A DNA stretch of 62,330 bases, counting the filler. It is 10 parts of 10 records of this genome, joined end to end, with 100 filler letters (N's around TTAATTAATTAA, not from the genome) between each part and the next. Parts side by side here need not be neighbours in the genome. Positions count along the whole stretch, not along the records: positions 12,521 to 17,149 come from SRR15195285_50; positions 17,250 to 26,503 come from SRR15195285_51; 8 more parts are not named here. One strand, 5' to 3'. The notes under the pieces were generated by a model that made no database searches, was not told the origin of the DNA, and was given only the letters and a program-made list of their open reading frames with translations. The position numbers and the translations under genes were made by a program. Below, in pieces: positions 12,421-24,100 of the stretch (positions within the stretch are counted from its first letter, which is position 1; the number at the start of each line of letters is the position of its first letter).

Positions 12421-12520
12421 NNNNNNNNNNNNNNNNNNNNNNNNNNNNNNNNNNNNNNNNNNNNTTAATTAATTAANNNNNNNNNNNNNNNNNNNNNNNN
12501 NNNNNNNNNNNNNNNNNNNN
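12421..12520. other. Artificial contig spacer
   Basis: 44 N + TTAATTAATTAA + 44 N. Confidence 0.98.
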
Positions 12521-12738
12521 ACAGCACTGGCGGACTACAGGCGGCTGCCGCTGACTGCATCAGCTAACAAAGCCCTAGCACAGTCCTCGGTGAGCCTGCT
12601 GTCGCCTCAGAAGGCAGCAGATAGAGCTTAGAGGGGGCCACACTCCGTGGACACCCGCTTTGCGGGGTTATAAGGAAGCGTAGCTAAGGAAGCGTAGACG
12701 TTTGCTGGGTCACAGGGGAGGGTATTTTAGCGAGGGGG

Positions 12739-13140
12739 ATGCGTGGCGGTGGTGTATTTTGCCTGAGTCTAGGCTTTGGGCTGTCTATCGGCTACCTGCT
12801 ACCCGAGGAGGCGACGCGCTGGGAGGCCGTCAAGCTGGCGGCCGCAGTCGGCTTCTGCTTTGCGATGCTTTTGCTCTCCTACGACCACCACTATGGTGAT
12901 GCCGCCCACGAAACAGAGCTGGCTCAGCAGCAGCAGCCAAGCGCTGACGAACCGGCCGTGGGTACATCGTGTAGACATGTGGGGGTGCAGACGGCAGACC
13001 TGGTCGGGCTTGTGCCGCTGCATGAAGTGCTGGCAAAGGGAGCAAAGCGATCTTCACAGGCGCAGCAGAAAAAGCAGACGAAGCGGGTGAAAAACCAGGC
13101 AGGTGTCGATGGCGATGGCGCACAATTCTTTGTCGATTAA
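12739..13140 (+). CDS. Hypothetical small membrane protein (two hydrophobic segments), possibly the last exon of a gene starting upstream
   Basis: 133-aa ORF with VFCLSLGFGLSIGYLL and LAAAVGFCFAMLLLSY, then a Q/K-rich tail. No family recognised. Confidence 0.4.
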   Translation: MRGGGVFCLSLGFGLSIGYLLPEEATRWEAVKLAAAVGFCFAMLLLSYDHHYGDAAHETELAQQQQPSADEPAVGTSCRHVGVQTADLVGLVPLHEVLAKGAKRSSQAQQKKQTKRVKNQAGVDGDGAQFFVD

Positions 13141-13247
13141 CCAGGCTATCTGGAAAATGCACGTGAATAATGCAGAATGGATAAGTATCGGTCTTCATCA
13201 TTGTGCCATTTTGAGCTCGTGCGATCTCTGAGGTGAGTGTTAACAGA

Positions 13248-13308
13248 GTGTTCTGTCTAGTTCCGATCTTGGAAAGAGAGTGGGTGTTCTGTCTAGTTCC
13301 GATCTTGG
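13248..13308. repeat. 25-bp direct repeat, 2 copies, 36-bp period
   Basis: GTGTTCTGTCTAGTTCCGATCTTGG at 13248-13272 and 13284-13308; the second copy spans the stop codon of the LRR gene. Confidence 0.9.
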
Positions 13309-16300
13309 TGCAGCTCGCCTGTTCGAGGGTCGCGCCATTTCAGCAAACCGGTCGCCGGCTGCATTCCTCCTCCTCCTCCACTGGCATCTTGCTTTCTAGC
13401 TTCGGACTGAGCGGCTGCAGCCTTGGCCTCGATCGCAACGATGCGCTTCGCAACTTGCCGGGCGCGATTCTCCAGCAGATCGAACCGGCCGGCGTCGCCC
13501 TTGGGAAACCGAGACGGCTGCTCCAAACGAAGGACATAGCAAATACAGAACAGACATGTTGAGCAAACATCACAGATGGCATCGATTGAAGTATAATGCT
13601 CATGGAAAAGACGAGCTGAGACGGGTCCATTTCGCGCACCGGCAATTGAGTCATGGACAGGTCTGTGCTGTTCAAGCCAGCAAGTAGCATCTCCGCTGCC
13701 TGGTCGGTCTGATCCTTGATGAACCTATGATGAAATCCTCGGTGAGGCCCTTCAACCTTGCCAGCATATTGAAGCGGTACCTCATCGACACTGCGCAGGC
13801 CTGAGCCAATGAGCTCGGCCTCAGCCCGAAGTTGAGGTTCCAGCGCTGCAATCGAATCGTCACGCCGCGAAAGCTCTTGCTCCTTCCGTCGCAGCTGCTG
13901 AAGGCTCTTGCGTGGCCACCCTACGTTTGTCCGTGATCCTGCTGAAGCACTGGGTGCAGGCGTGATGTAGCCTAGGTTAGCAGGAAGCCGTGCCATCAGC
14001 TCATGACGTATGCGTTGCACCCGTGCCTCGTCGACTAACACGCCCTCGGCAACCTGCTCCTGCCGCCTTTGCCACAGCGCTGCGTCCATTTCCTCGTCTT
14101 GAGCCGTTGAAAACTTGTCGTGGAACTCCGGATCGCTTGCTTTGGTCTCAGTTGTTGTGATCCAACCATCTAGCAGTCTGTGCCAATGGCCACTGCTATC
14201 ACCTGGGTCAATGAAGCTGAGTGTCATCGGTCTACCGGCTGATTTGATCATACTTACGACTTGCTGGAATCGTTGTGTGTTCGATCCAGCCGCTTTCTCC
14301 ACGGGTACTCCCGCAACACTCTGCAGCAGCATTCCAACCTTCAACTCATGGATATTTCCAGCATTCCTGTTTCCTGCCTGTAGCTGCTGCTCAATTGCTC
14401 TGACTTCAATGCCATTCTTGCCGCCCGTGGCTTGGTCTGGCAGTAGCTCCAGTCCGATCGCACCTGGCTGTGTAAATGTCACGAATGTGGAGCTCAACAT
14501 TTCGTGAGCATGCCTCCCCAAACCGTTACCTTCAATCTTGATCGCACGCAGCCCTTGCCCATTGCCTGCACCGTTTGCACATGCTGAACGCAGCGCCGTC
14601 ATCGCACTGCGAAGAGCAGTAACGAAATCTGCATTCGGTGGCGGCTCGCAGTCATTGGTTGGCGCAGCCCCAGCGTAACTGTTCAGTGCTGCCCCTGGTG
14701 GTCGGCTCTCGTCGTCGCGCAGTGTCGCGATGTTTTCGTCTTGTCGATGTGGCGCTACTGGCGTACTGCTCACAAGGGTTGCGAACCCCCACGCTGGCTT
14801 TGGGCGTTGTCGTCGCCTTCTGCCACTGGAAGCTCTATGCTGTGCCCGTCCACCTCTGCCTGCCGCTGCTCGACGCTTTCGCTGTTCTATGCTCTTGCGC
14901 AGCTCGTCGTCCGTCATCTGCGACACCTGTGCTACAACTGCATTGTACGGCCCCGCGCGATGCTCACTGGGCTGGCATATGGTGTCAGCACGTCGTCCTG
15001 GGGACACAGCTGGACTTGCAGGAGGAGACGCCGAGCCCTGGCCCTTAGTTTGGCTACTACTGCTGCGTATGCCTGTAGGTGGCTGTGGCTGCGGGCCACG
15101 TTCTCCTGCACCGCCCAAATTATTTGCACTCAAATCAATCTTCAGCAAGCGCGGCCAGCTACCAACGTCAGCGCCACTGCTGTAGGCTTGTTCCAGCAGC
15201 TTTGCGAAGGCAATTCCACCGTTCGGGCCAAACGCATTGCCAGCAGCCGACAGCTTCGTGACCTGAGATGATGACTCTCGGGAGCACACGGCGTTTGCAC
15301 TGCATGCGCGTGCCCATGTACAACACACAGTCAGTCTAGGGTCAGAGTGCGGCGTGGCAACCACAGCACGACGTTGCACAGAACAACAACACGGGTGTTT
15401 GGCGGGTACAGATACGCACAGCGCCGCGGCTCCATTCTGTCCGATGGAGTTGGAGTTCAACGCCAGATCTGTAAGGGCACAACCTTCTCGCAGTGCATCG
15501 CTGATAGCTGCTGCTCCGTCGTCGCCCATTCCAACGCACGTCATATCGAGCTTCCTCAACTTCGCGAGGCTTATCGGCTGGTGGTCCTCGGTAGAGTGAC
15601 CGCGGAGCGCGGATGCGAGCAGAAACGATGCGCTGCCGGTGCCGAGCTGGTTGCCGCTCAAGTCCAACGCCTCTAATGCCGACGACGCACTGACAACATC
15701 CGTTTCCGGTGCATCCGCTGACGGTGGGCCGGCAGCGATGCCGAGAACAACGCGCAGTGTAGATTCTGTGAGTCCGCAGTAAGCTAGGCCGAGCTCGCGC
15801 AGGGCACTACTCTTGCTAAGCAGCCTGGATAAGGCGAGCGCGCCGTCTGTTTTCGCTGCTTTCTCCGATGGAACCGCGCTACCTGCACACGCGAACGCTG
15901 GGCGGTTGCCGGACAGGTTCAGCACACTGATAGCAGCGAAGCCGGGGGTGCAGGCTGCGTCACAGAACGCCTGGAGCCCTGCGCTCGCGATCCGGTTGTG
16001 CGAGAGATCCAGCGTGGTCACGCTCGGAGGCAGCTGCGCGGCGAGTAGCGCTGCTCCCACGTCGCCGATGCGATTGCGGCCCGCCCGAACCGTTGCCAGC
16101 GTCCCGGAAGCGCTCGCCTCGTGCAGCTCCTTGACGAACTCTCTCGCTGAAACGATCCGCAGCTCGTCCTCGTACTCGTCAATGCGCGCCTGCGCGCGCT
16201 GCTTCAGCCCCTGCAACCTCGTTTCGGACAGCTTCCCTCGCCTCAGCATGTCCCTGTCGTCATCGGGAACCGCTGGCGGCCCGCACTCCCGAACCAACTG

Positions 16301-16936
16301 GCGCTGCTCGTCGACCAGCTGCTCCAGCTCCGCCATTCTCGCGTCGTCGAGGCCGCTGCTTGTCCGGTCCACTCCGCTCGGCTGCTTAGCGTCAATGCTG
16401 GTCTGAACCTGCTTCTTCGGGGCTGCCGACACTTGCCGCAGGAGGCTGGGGTCCTTGACGGCCGCTGCCAGCCGCTCCAAGATCGCCCGGGACGGGTGCG
16501 CCACACCGTCCTCGTACGCCCCGAGCTGGTCAGCGAGGAGCACCGTCGGCTGCGGCGCGTCACGCAGCACCTCCGAGAGAGTATCCAAGGACATGCGCTG
16601 CGCCAGCCGTGCGGCTTGGAGCCGCCGCGCCAGGTCCGACGGCACGGGCTTGCCGTTCGGCGCTGGGCGCGAGGTCCAGGGTGAGGAGCCGGCCGGATGC
16701 GGTCGCGGGATGATCGCATCGCGCCTCGCTGCGTAGGACGACGTCGCGCTCGCTGAGGGCGCGTCCGCAGCGCCCTTGTCATCAATCGCGCCCGTGTATG
16801 CGACGAGGCCGCTCCTCGGCCTGTCCTTGAGCGTGGTGGAGGTGTGGCGCGAGGCGCTGGTCGCCCTGGCCTTCTTCTTGAGCCCCGCGACCGTGCTGAC
16901 GAAGTGGATCGCCTGCAGCTCCTCCGCCGTCGCCAT
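13293..16936 (-). CDS. Protein with Cro/C1 (MBF1-like) HTH, RNI-like leucine-rich repeats and a PDZ-like domain, ~1133 aa
   Basis: HTH LARRLQAARLAQRMSLDTLSE...YEDGVAHPSRAILERLAAAV; LRRs LDLSHNRI, LNLSGN, LDLSGNQLG, LALNSNSIGQNGAAAL; PDZ-like VTFTQPGAIGLEL..LKVGMLLQSVAG..IKSAGRPMTLSF. Predicted introns 15419-15300 (in-frame) and 13639-13518, both with GTGCG donors. Confidence 0.8.
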
Positions 16937-17078
16937 CCCGCAGCCGCTGCCTGCTGCCTTCAGCTCACTCGACCCTGCGGAGGGTCGGAGTGCGGTTAGG
17001 CTTCGGGAGAGCCCTGTGGCCTGTGCCCTCGCTCACTCCCTAACCGCCAGCGCAAGGCAACCGCCAGCGCACTCCGCA

Positions 17079-17149
17079 GAGCTCGAGCTCGAGCTCGAGC
17101 TAGCTCACGGGCAGGTGGGGCAGGTAGCAGGTAGCAGGTAGCAGGTAGC
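17079..17149. repeat. Short tandem repeats (GAGCTC)n and (GCAGGTA)n at contig end
   Basis: GAGCTC x3 and GCAGGTA x4 read directly. Confidence 0.8.
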
Positions 17150-17249
17150 NNNNNNNNNNNNNNNNNNNNNNNNNNNNNNNNNNNNNNNNNNNNTTAATTA
17201 ATTAANNNNNNNNNNNNNNNNNNNNNNNNNNNNNNNNNNNNNNNNNNNN
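17150..17249. other. Artificial contig spacer
   Basis: 44 N + TTAATTAATTAA + 44 N. Confidence 0.98.
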
Positions 17250-17377
17250 TCTGGCGCCTCGACTCGGGCGTAGCACTCACTGGCGCCCGCGCCCGCGCGC
17301 CGGGTCCAGGTGCGCATCGCCGCGGACGCCGCGCGCGCCGCGACGCGACGTCGACCGACGCACGCCGCCGGGCCGCG

Positions 17378-20300
17378 ATGCAGCTGGAGGAGCCGCATGC
17401 CATGGACGCCATGTCTGCGCAGCAGGAGGAGCTGGGAAGCGCTCCACAGGCTGCCGGCGATCTGACGGCCGCCATCGGTGCAGGAGGATCGCCGCTGCAG
17501 GATTGTCAGACTCAGTCGCCCCAGCACGAGGTGCTAGATGAGCCGGAGCAAGCAGACGCCACGGATGGTGAGGCTGTGCCAGAGTCTGCGGCAGAGTCAC
17601 AGTCACAGTCTTTGGGAGCGGATGTTTCCATCCTCTCAGCAGCAGCACTCGCCGCGGTACAGCGCGCCGAGGCCCTCCAGCATTCAGACTCCGAGGCTGC
17701 AGCCGGCGCCTACCATCAGGCAGCAATGCAACTGCTGCACGCCGTTGAGGATCTGGGGCCAGACGAGCGGCGGGGCGAAAGAGGTGTTCAGATGCAGCAG
17801 CAGGCCGAGAGACTCGCAGCTCGGGCAGCAGAGCTTCGTGAGCAAGCCGACACCTGCAGCCAGCTTTCCCAGGATGACCAGGAAGTGCAAGTCGACGAGG
17901 AGGCGCCGGAAGAAGCGGTGCCGAGCCTGTTGGCAGGTGTGAACCTGCAGCGCATCACCCCTCCGAAGCCTCCTGGCACCCAGTACCGCTGCATCGGGAA
18001 TGCTGTCATCCGCAAGGGATGCGCCATGGACTCCGACAAAGCTAAGATCGACAAATTGGAAGCCGGGCAGGAGATTACTGTTCTCGAGCGGGTCACTCTG
18101 GATGATGGCACCGTGCGACTTCATTTCGAGGACGGTGCGCGTATCGTCTCGCACGGTCTATCCTGCTGCGCCGATGTAGCTGACCTCAACCCTCTTTGCA
18201 CTCCTGCACTCCTGCCTGTTGCAGGTTTTAGTTTTGGTGGGATGAGGTTTGGTGGCGGGTGGACATCCGGTGTCACGAAGGCAGGAAAGGTCCTCGTGGA
18301 GAGATTAGATCCGAACTCCGACGAGGATGAAGCAGATCCGACAGAGACACTGATCTCGTCGGCGGTGCTTAAAGACAAGGTCGTGGCGCTGTACTTCGCC
18401 TCTGCACTCAACGAGAACTGTCAGTCGTTTACGCCGAAACTCAAGAGATTCTATGAGGTCGTTGCTGAACGTGAGGCAGCAGGATCTCACTCAGTTGCAG
18501 AACTTGCCAAGGGTCGCCTGGTCAATGCAGCCGCTGCAGCGGCTGCGGTGGCTGGCACCCAAACCACGATCGCTGAGAGCCAAGCAGTTGCGTCCGCCTC
18601 AAAGGAAGAAGATGACCAAGCTGAACATAAAGGGGTCGAGGCAAAAGCTGACGAGGGCGCGCAGGGACTGGAGATCGTGTTTGTCTCCTCAGACACATCT
18701 GCTGCTGCGGCTGTGGAGCACATGGAGAGCACTCACGGCACATGGCTAGCGGTGCCGTTCCATGATTTTGCAGCAAGGGAAGCACTGACCAAACGATATG
18801 TGCGTGGTGGTCTACCTGCTCTCGTTGTAATTCACGAACCAACTGGCACAGTGCTCTCAGCCAGGGCGAAAGAGGAGGTTCTCAAAGCAGATGAATTGCT
18901 GAAGTGGAACACAGAGTGCTTTGAAGAGGTGAGAGAATTCAATTTCTGCCGCTTTGCTTCAGCCTCCTGCAAACAGTGTCGTTTCTTTGCCTATTTTTTC
19001 ACAGCATGTTTGCATTAGTATGTGTGGGCATCGCACATTTGCTACATGCTAATGCTGGCGTGTTGTGGTCACTGTCGGATTCGTCACATTTCAACAATTT
19101 CTGTATTGCTGGAAAATTTCAGTGGCGCTCGAAAACGATTGACGGCCCGACTGCGATCGACGACTTTGCAGCTAAGGCCAACGAGGCCTTACTGGGGGCC
19201 GCAGTTACAGCAGCCAGCTTTTTTGCCCGCGCAGGTGCTAAGGCAGCCGAGCATGTGCCCCAGCTATCAGAGGAAGAGAAGAACAAGAAGATGAGCCTCT
19301 CTGGTCGTGCTGCACTGGCTAGTGCGAGCTCTGTCGCCAGCGTTGCTGCGTATGCAACTGGTGGTACTATTTCGAAAGGGGCATCGGCCTGTAAGGTGGC
19401 AAAGTCTGTGAATGATTTGCGGAGTAGCGGAGGCTCCGGGAAGGTTGGGAAGGCCGTGGCTGTAGCGCAACGCACAGGAATTTCAAGTGGTGCGGAGGCG
19501 CAAGAGTTAAAGCGCACGACCTCTGGAACTGCCAGTAGGCTCCTTGCGAGCCTGAGCGAGGCTGCTGAGATAGTCGCTGCTGGTGCGAATAAAGGTGTCG
19601 CGGAGGCGGTCGAGGCTCGCTACGGCGAGGATGTTGCCAAGCGCATCTCGGAGGCCCTTCCTGGCGACAAGGAAAGTGCCGTATTATTGCCTGGTGCAGA
19701 CACCACCGGGGACTCAGTCTCTATCACAGCCGCGAGTAAGAATCCAGAGCTTGGGTGCCCAACGCAATCTGAGCAACAGGCTTCTACTAAGCTACAACCA
19801 GAGCCACAATCAGAGCCACAATCAGAGCCACAGCTGGAGCCACAATCAGAGTCACAACCAGAGGCACAACTGGAGCAACAGCTAGAACCAGAGATTGCAT
19901 CCAAGACACTCCCGCAGTTGGCAGCTTTGACAACTGCGTTAGCTGTGCGTACAGGCCGAGGAGACCCAGAGCAGGATGAGGTAAGCAACAATGGGCATCC
20001 AGCAACACTGACAGATCGTTCAAGACGCTTGCTTACACTTCATTTGAAACCCAGTAGTGTATTGGCGTTGTTGACGTATCGTTTGACTGCTCGGCTCTAC
20101 AGGATGTGCTCTTTCGTCGCTGCAGCTGGTGCCTAAATCACACTGACCACTCGATTAAGACACGAAACAAGGTCCGGCGCAGTGTCTACACCTGCACTGG
20201 ATGCAGTAAAGACACGCTGGCTTGCAAGACCTGCGACAAGAAACGGCCAACCATCGATCTGGGTGCGTGGTAGTAATTTGTTTAGTGATGTCGCTGTTTC

Positions 20301-20746
20301 GTGTTGTCCCGCAGTAGAGAGGGATGGGAACGCAACAGAACACGCAATTCGTCGTTCTGACAGGTATGGCAAAAGAGACACCCATGTATTCCTACGACCA
20401 GTGCGCAACTTGTAAAGGCGACATCAAGGCCTGGCCAGACGATGTTATCACGCGGCACTGCAGCTGGTGTCTCAAGCGGACGCAGCACGCGTTGAAAGTC
20501 AGAAACAAAGTGCGAAGAAGCATTTACACATGTCAGAACTGTGCGAAGGATACAGTGCAGTGCAAAGTCTGTGCGAAGGAAAAGCCCGCTTGTCCAGCGA
20601 TGGCGAAAGATACGCAGGTGTACAGTTATGACAAGTGTGTGCTCTGCAGCGATGAGCTGGAGGAGTGGCCAGTGGAGTCAGCGAATCCAAGCGACACGGA
20701 AATGCTCGGTTCTTCCGGCGTAGTAGAAGTGAACCAGTCTAATTGA
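17378..20746 (+). CDS. Multidomain protein, ~953 aa: MIT-like helical domain, SH3b-like domain, nucleoredoxin/tryparedoxin-like thioredoxin fold (degenerate active site), senescence/spartin-like domain, two 8-Cys repeats
   Basis: Exons 17378-18134, 18225-18928, 19123-19980, 20103-20262, 20364-20746 splice in frame. Motifs: AVQRAEAL..AAGAYHQAAMQLL..AERLAARAAELRE; YRCIGNAVIRKG..WTS; KVVALYFASALNENCQSFTPKL..LEIVFVSSD..WLAVPF..GLPALVVI; SLSEAAEIV..VAEAVEARYGEDVA; CSWC..RNKVRRS.YTC..C..DT..CK.C..MAK.T..YSYD.C..C x2. Confidence 0.78.
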
Positions 20747-20772
20747 CGCAACGGACTTTCCTGCCATGTGTT

Positions 20773-20852
20773 CAGGGTGCAGTGCCGCGAGGTTGGCACG
20801 CGGATGCATAGACAGGGTGCAGTGCCGCGAGGTGGGCACGCGGATGCATGGA
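20773..20852. repeat. 40-bp tandem duplication between convergent genes
   Basis: CAGGGTGCAGTGCCGCGAGGT(T/G)GGCACGCGGATGCAT(A/G)GA at 20773-20812 and 20813-20852, 2 mismatches. Confidence 0.9.
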
Positions 20853-21115
20853 CACAGAAGCGACGAGATGCAGTCGTTGCTTCAACGAATTAATACCCAT
20901 TGCTGACGGCGCATCTGCGTCCGGAGACAGCTGTGCCTTTTGAAAATATGCATGAGGATAGGCCGAAATGCATGGTGTATCCAGTATGCAAGATACCTGG
21001 TATTCATAACAGTAAAAGTTCCTACCTGGGTACGCAGTACATTAGGTAATGGCATAGTGGTAGATCCAATTGCTTGCATCCAGCATGTATTGCCGACTGG
21101 ACTAAATAGGCTAGC

Positions 21116-24100
21116 TCATAAGCCGTCGGTCAGCGCTGCACACATTGTGCGCACAGTAATTGGCCTGGCCCGCAAATCTTTCGCTTGTCTGCGGACGGTC
21201 ATCGGCTCTCGAAGCACAAGAGGTGTCTTTGGGACATGCACCCCACTCCCTGTCCCTGCGACGATAGCGGATATCTCAGCATGTCGCACACTACCTCGCT
21301 GTCCGCGGTACGGAGCGGATTTTGCTACTAGTGGCGACTCCTGCACTGCGTCGTTGTGCAGACCGAGTCGCGGAAGTCTCTGTGTCATGGCCCTTCGTTT
21401 CGATGCATCGTTGATTTTCCTCTGGATTTGAACTCGGCGAGTGCGCTCTGGCGCCGTATCCATTTCCCAAAATCGCGCTGAAGATGTGGAGCGAATCTGT
21501 CGTACACTTGCAGCTATCAAAGCCTACAACGCCGCACCGGACGTACAACAAGCAAGTCAGAGCATGGCGTGCCAAGGCCGGCGGGAGTATAATCTAAAAC
21601 ATGCTTTAAATAGTACAACTCACTTGCTGCTGCTGTATCGCGTCTTGCGCGCGCAAATCGTCCGCAAAGCCATCAGTTAGCACAGGTCGCAAATTGTCAC
21701 CACTGGCCAATCGATTAAATGGTGTCTTTGGATGAGAGCCCATATGTTTGGTCAGCGAAGCGCGCGGCGAGTGCCAGTCGGATGGCTTGACAGCTGCGGG
21801 GCGGATTGGTGCACGGATCCTGTGCCGCAAGACCTCTGGCAACATGCACGACTCGAAGCCAACATCAGGCAGCACTTCCTTCGCCACAGGTTCTGCAGGT
21901 AGTTCCAAACCCTGTCCATGCTGCATGCCCACGGGAGTGAAAGAACTCGCCTTTCTCTCCATCCAGGCTTTCAGCTCGCTGAAGCTCACAAGGCCATCGT
22001 CGTTCATACCAATCGTGATGAGCAAAGAATCTAATTGTCGATTTGAGAAGCCGGCATCCAATCGTTTGAAGGCGCTGTGCAGTTCTTCGGTGTCAATTCC
22101 GCCAGACTGATCGATGTCGACTGCCTTGAAGAAGCTTTCAAGATCGGTCATTTTGTGGCCGTACAGGGTCATTCGATGAGCGATCGCCCGTGTCAGTGAG
22201 GCTTTGATCGCCTGCTCTGTGGCCGGGTGGAGATGTTCAGGCTTGATTTTGCGGGGAGCTGCATCGCCGCCGGCTTCGTCCTTACGACGACCTTCGACGA
22301 CCCACTTGGCACCACCTTCCTTGCGTCTACCTGGTTGTTTTCGCCTCGTTTGGGGAGGACGCGGTGACATAACTTTGCTGCGACCTTTGGGCGGAGACGT
22401 GGCCTTCCACGGCGCTGCTGCCCAGTCTGGCAAGCGTGGCGTATTAGGCTTCGCTGCTACATCGGTGCGGGCGGCAATGAGTCGTGAATCACGCCATGAG
22501 CCGATCAGATTCGGATTTGGCTCAACCCTGCGCTTCTCTCCTTCAACGTGTACCATCGGGACCACCTGATGTTCTTGTACAAACTGCGACAGGACACAGC
22601 ATGCAGAAGGAATCAACGTCGCGGGACTACCCAAGTACGTGCACTGGGCTGCAAAACATTCGAATTGTTGGTCGATGGTTTTTGACTGTATGGCTACGGT
22701 CTGCACGATACCCAGAATGGGCGAATACCGAGAATCGCAACGTATCAGCACAAATACAGCACAGTGTTGGTTGAACGGGGAGGTGTCAAAGTTCTCATAC
22801 CACTTTAGATGCCACATGTGCAAAGTCTACAGGAGGATATGATGGGATAGTGCCCTTCTTGCTGCGCTCATCCTGCAAAGGATGTTTAGGCTCTATAGAG
22901 TCGCGGTCCGGCCCGACAACACCCCAATGCAGTGCAGGGGTGGGATTCGCCACACCAGCGCCGCGCCATGCGCCCTGGGTGATTGTCTGAGCTCCTTCTG
23001 CGTCGCGGTCTGGCCCGACAACACTCCATTGTAATATCGGTTTGGGATTTGCATGACCAGCGCGCCATGGGTCCCCGCTGAATGTTTGAGCTACTTCTGC
23101 GTCTGTTGCACCGGACAGAAACCTATTTTCACCGTGGTGCGCCACGCCGCTCCTCCAGATGCCCGCGTCTCCCGACACAATCGCATTTTCTCCCCCGTGG
23201 TCGTCTCGTTGTGGTCCCGTGGTCGGACTGCGTCGCGTCAGTCCCAACCCAAGATGCGCCGCGCCAGTGCGCCATGGCAACATCCCTTCCGTATCCAGGG
23301 CGCACTTTAACGTCCCTAGTGGGGCCAGATGACGCTCTCTGCCTTCCTTCAGGTGCAGTGCAGGCTGTTCTACTGTCAGTCTGTCATATAGCGACTCCAA
23401 AAACGCTACGTACTGTTCTTCGTCGCTGAACTCGTCATCGTACTGAACTTCAGCAGACCAGTATACTGCCATCTGAAAAATGGCCTCCGAGAACACCTCG
23501 AATGTCATTTGTGAGATGAGCGGATCTGAGATCAAAAAATTCTTAAATTCGAACGCATCGATAGTACCCTCGCCATCGGTGTCAACTGCACGGAAGAGCT
23601 CCGACAACTTTTCGTCAGGCAGTATGTTCTCATCGATGCCACAATCCTCGCGGATGATGGCCGCGAACTCGGAAAGGTCCAGCGAGCCTTCGCCATCTCG
23701 ATCATACGATTCAAACAGTTTAGACCAGCCTCTTTCAACGGCAGTCAAATGCGAAGCACTCTGCAGCACGGTCAGTGTGGACTTCACATTGAAGGTCAGC
23801 ATGTCAGTGTGGACCTGCATCGCGTTGCTCATTTGGCCAGACAACTGTACTGTGTCCGGTGACTGTGAAATGAACGCAGAAAATTCGTCTGCCGACACGA
23901 CTTTGTCATTAGAGCCATCTGCTACGGTGAAGAGCAGTTGCAAATCTTTATCACTAAGAGTCTCTGGTGGCACGCTCATCACATCTCTAGCTGCCTGAGT
24001 GAATTCCAGCACGTCCAGCTCCCCAGAACCGTTCTCATCGGCTTCTTCAAAGATGGAAGACCAGCCAGTCTTGTACACAACGGCTTGTGTGGCTTCACGC

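Noticed and set aside
19790-19895. 12-bp GAGCCACAATCA-type repeats, and similar (EP)n repeats at ~39222 and ~56840
   Set aside because: Ordinary low-complexity coding linkers (EPQS/EP).
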